This document shows positions 61,116 to 62,706 of a stretch of 62,706 nt of DNA, piece by piece (the stretch's first letter is position 1; each line of letters opens with the position of its first letter). The DNA lies in contig JAQTSC010000004.1 of assembly GCA_028711505.1 (NCBI GenBank), forward strand, positions 1 to 62,706. The letters are read 5' to 3'. Origin of the DNA: Minisyncoccota bacterium. Lineage in GTDB: Bacteria > Patescibacteriota > Minisyncoccia > JAHISW01 > Tagabacteraceae. The translations under genes and the position numbers were made by a program. The notes beneath the pieces are model-generated. The model was given only the letters and a program-made list of their open reading frames with translations. It was not told the DNA's origin and ran no database searches.

Positions 61116-62706
61116 ATGGATGAGCCTGATATTCAAAAAATTCACAAAATTTTTCCGGATAAAATTTCTCTAAAACACGCTGCTAAAAATTACGGATATA
61201 CTCAACAGCATTTGGGGCTTCTTTGCCGTCGAGGCGAGCTTAAGTCAATGAGAATCGGCAAGAAGTGGTTTACAAAAATTGAATGGATGGAAGAGTATCT
61301 AAAAAAAGTGGAAGAACAATATAATAGTCAGGAAAACTATTTTACCGTCAATAAAAATTCTTTTGACAGCCCAAGTTCTAAAAGCGTTTCCGTTTCGTCG
61401 TATTTTTTGCCGAAAGCCGCTATCGTTTTTTCTTCGCTTTTGATTTTCTTCTTCTTTTCGCAGGCGGACGCTTCAGTTTTAAAATCAACAGCCGGTCAAT
61501 TTATAAACGCGTACGCCAAACTTATTCCCGCTTTCTCGGATTTGAATTCTTCTTTTTCTGCCGCGGCGGAGAAGCAAGCCGCTTTGTTGGGCGCGGATAA
61601 AAATGATATCGCGAACATTAAAAATGGTTTTGAAAAAAGTATTGATGCCGTTTCCGGCTACACGAAAGCCGCGAGCGACGGCATTGCTAATTTTCCTCAA
61701 AATCTTGAAGACGTTTTTGTGGAATTTTTTGACGACGAAAATATTTTTGTATATGACCAAGGCAATAAAGATAATAATATAACCGGCACAGCCTCGGCGT
61801 CCGATGAGCTGAAAGCGTTAAGAACGGAATTCGCATTATTAAAATCTCAAAATTCCATCAGCGTGGAACAATCGGTTGCGGAAAAAACCGTAGAAAAAAT
61901 TATCAGCGGATTATCCCAAAAAGATTTGGATTTAGGGCTCGCCGATCTTAACAGCCGGATTCTCGAGAGGATAGAGGCGGTAAGAAGCGAGCTTCAAAGA
62001 CAAGCGGCAGGAAATCAAAACACGATTGCTCTTACGAACAGAATAAGCCAGATTTCTTCCCCGACAATTTATACGCCGACTATTTCAGCGCCATCGGTTT
62101 CCGGAACCGCGTCTCTTGAAACTTTAACAACAAGCGGAGCCGCCACGCTAAAATCTCTTTCTGTGTCCACCACCGCCAGTGTCGGATCCGATCTTTCCGT
62201 GGGCGGAATTTTTAGCGTGAGCACTACGACCGCCACCTCGACTTTTGCGTGGGGCGTGCAGGCAACGTCATTGAATATTACTTCTTCAACCGCTACTTCA
62301 ACTTTTGCTAATGGATTAGATATTTCAGATGGCTGTTTTGCCGTTGACGGGGTGTGCGTCGGGGGAAGCTCGGGCGGAGTCGGCGATTCAACGGCTATTG
62401 GCCAGATTCCATATTACGCGGCCGTAGGATCAGAGTTATCAGCCACATCTTCCTTGTTCATTAATACGAATCAATACATCGGCATCGGCACCACAACCCC
62501 CCAATGGCTCACCCAGCTATCCGGCACCCGTCCAACACTCGCTCTTTCCGACAGCAGCGCAGGCGCCAATCTCAAACATTGGCTATTCTCATCAATGGGA
62601 GGAAACCTCTACATCGGCACATCCACCGACAGCTACGGAACTTCCACGCCATCGGCGTTAACAATACTAAACAGCGGATACACGGGCATCGGCACGACAA
62701 CCCCGG
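61116..62706 (+). CDS. large surface protein, 5' part only (N-terminal HTH-like segment, TM helix, Ser/Thr/Gly/Ala-rich repeats); runs off the window
   Basis: Frame translated by hand and open from the ATG at 61116 to the window end (530 codons). MDEPDIQKIH...LCRRGELKSMRIGKKWF (excisionase/MerR-like HTH), then AAIVFSSLLIFFFF, then repeats ending in IGIGTTTP / GIGTTTP. Confidence 0.7.
   Translation, partial: MDEPDIQKIHKIFPDKISLKHAAKNYGYTQQHLGLLCRRGELKSMRIGKKWFTKIEWMEEYLKKVEEQYNSQENYFTVNKNSFDSPSSKSVSVSSYFLPKAAIVFSSLLIFFFFSQADASVLKSTAGQFINAYAKLIPAFSDLNSSFSAAAEKQAALLGADKNDIANIKNGFEKSIDAVSGYTKAASDGIANFPQNLEDVFVEFFDDENIFVYDQGNKDNNITGTASASDELKALRTEFALLKSQNSISVEQSVAEKTVEKIISGLSQKDLDLGLADLNSRILERIEAVRSELQRQAAGNQNTIALTNRISQISSPTIYTPTISAPSVSGTASLETLTTSGAATLKSLSVSTTASVGSDLSVGGIFSVSTTTATSTFAWGVQATSLNITSSTATSTFANGLDISDGCFAVDGVCVGGSSGGVGDSTAIGQIPYYAAVGSELSATSSLFINTNQYIGIGTTTPQWLTQLSGTRPTLALSDSSAGANLKHWLFSSMGGNLYIGTSTDSYGTSTPSALTILNSGYTGIGTTTP

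Overview
AT-rich, gene-dense bacterial chromosome fragment. The gene content points by inference to a Patescibacteria/CPR-like organism: streamlined housekeeping genes, two type IV pilus clusters, peptidoglycan genes, oversized pseudopilins, a Ser/Thr/Gly-rich giant surface protein, and no biosynthetic operons. I can support about 75 protein genes and 8 tRNAs (Lys, Arg, Val, Phe, Ser, Glu, Gly, Pro). I saw no rRNA and no CRISPR array. Core genes include PBP1A, tyrS, ruvC-yebC-ruvB, ruvA, polA, tsaE, tsaD, murE, mutM, valS, gpmI, rny, hup, nusA and rpsT. There are also pilM/N/O, two PilB-type ATPases, pilC and two histidine kinase/receiver pairs. The stand-out region is 39.99-43.99 kb. A large serine recombinase and a three-gene cassette (XRE HTH, methyltransferase-like, SET domain) sit in two abutting modules, each bounded by long GC-rich inverted repeats that are identical or differ by a single base (178/179 nt and 158 nt). 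The repeats meet at a shared 3-nt core that also lies at the 3' end of tRNA-Pro. The recombinase ORF runs through one repeat and then through the tRNA. Other observations worth a second look: (1) an orphan near-consensus promoter driving a roughly 190-nt rod-shaped non-coding RNA at 6.6 kb; (2) a 157-nt tandem repeat seeded by the 3' end of tRNA-Val; (3) a duplicated 3' end of tRNA-Glu; (4) a family of GTTTCATATGAAAC-centred palindromes at 44.1-45.1 kb, one inside a coding region; (5) a GC-rich RavA-like AAA+/membrane-VWA pair; (6) a TrmB/radical-SAM block downstream of tRNA-Phe. All calls come from reading the sequence and from motif recognition; no searches were run.
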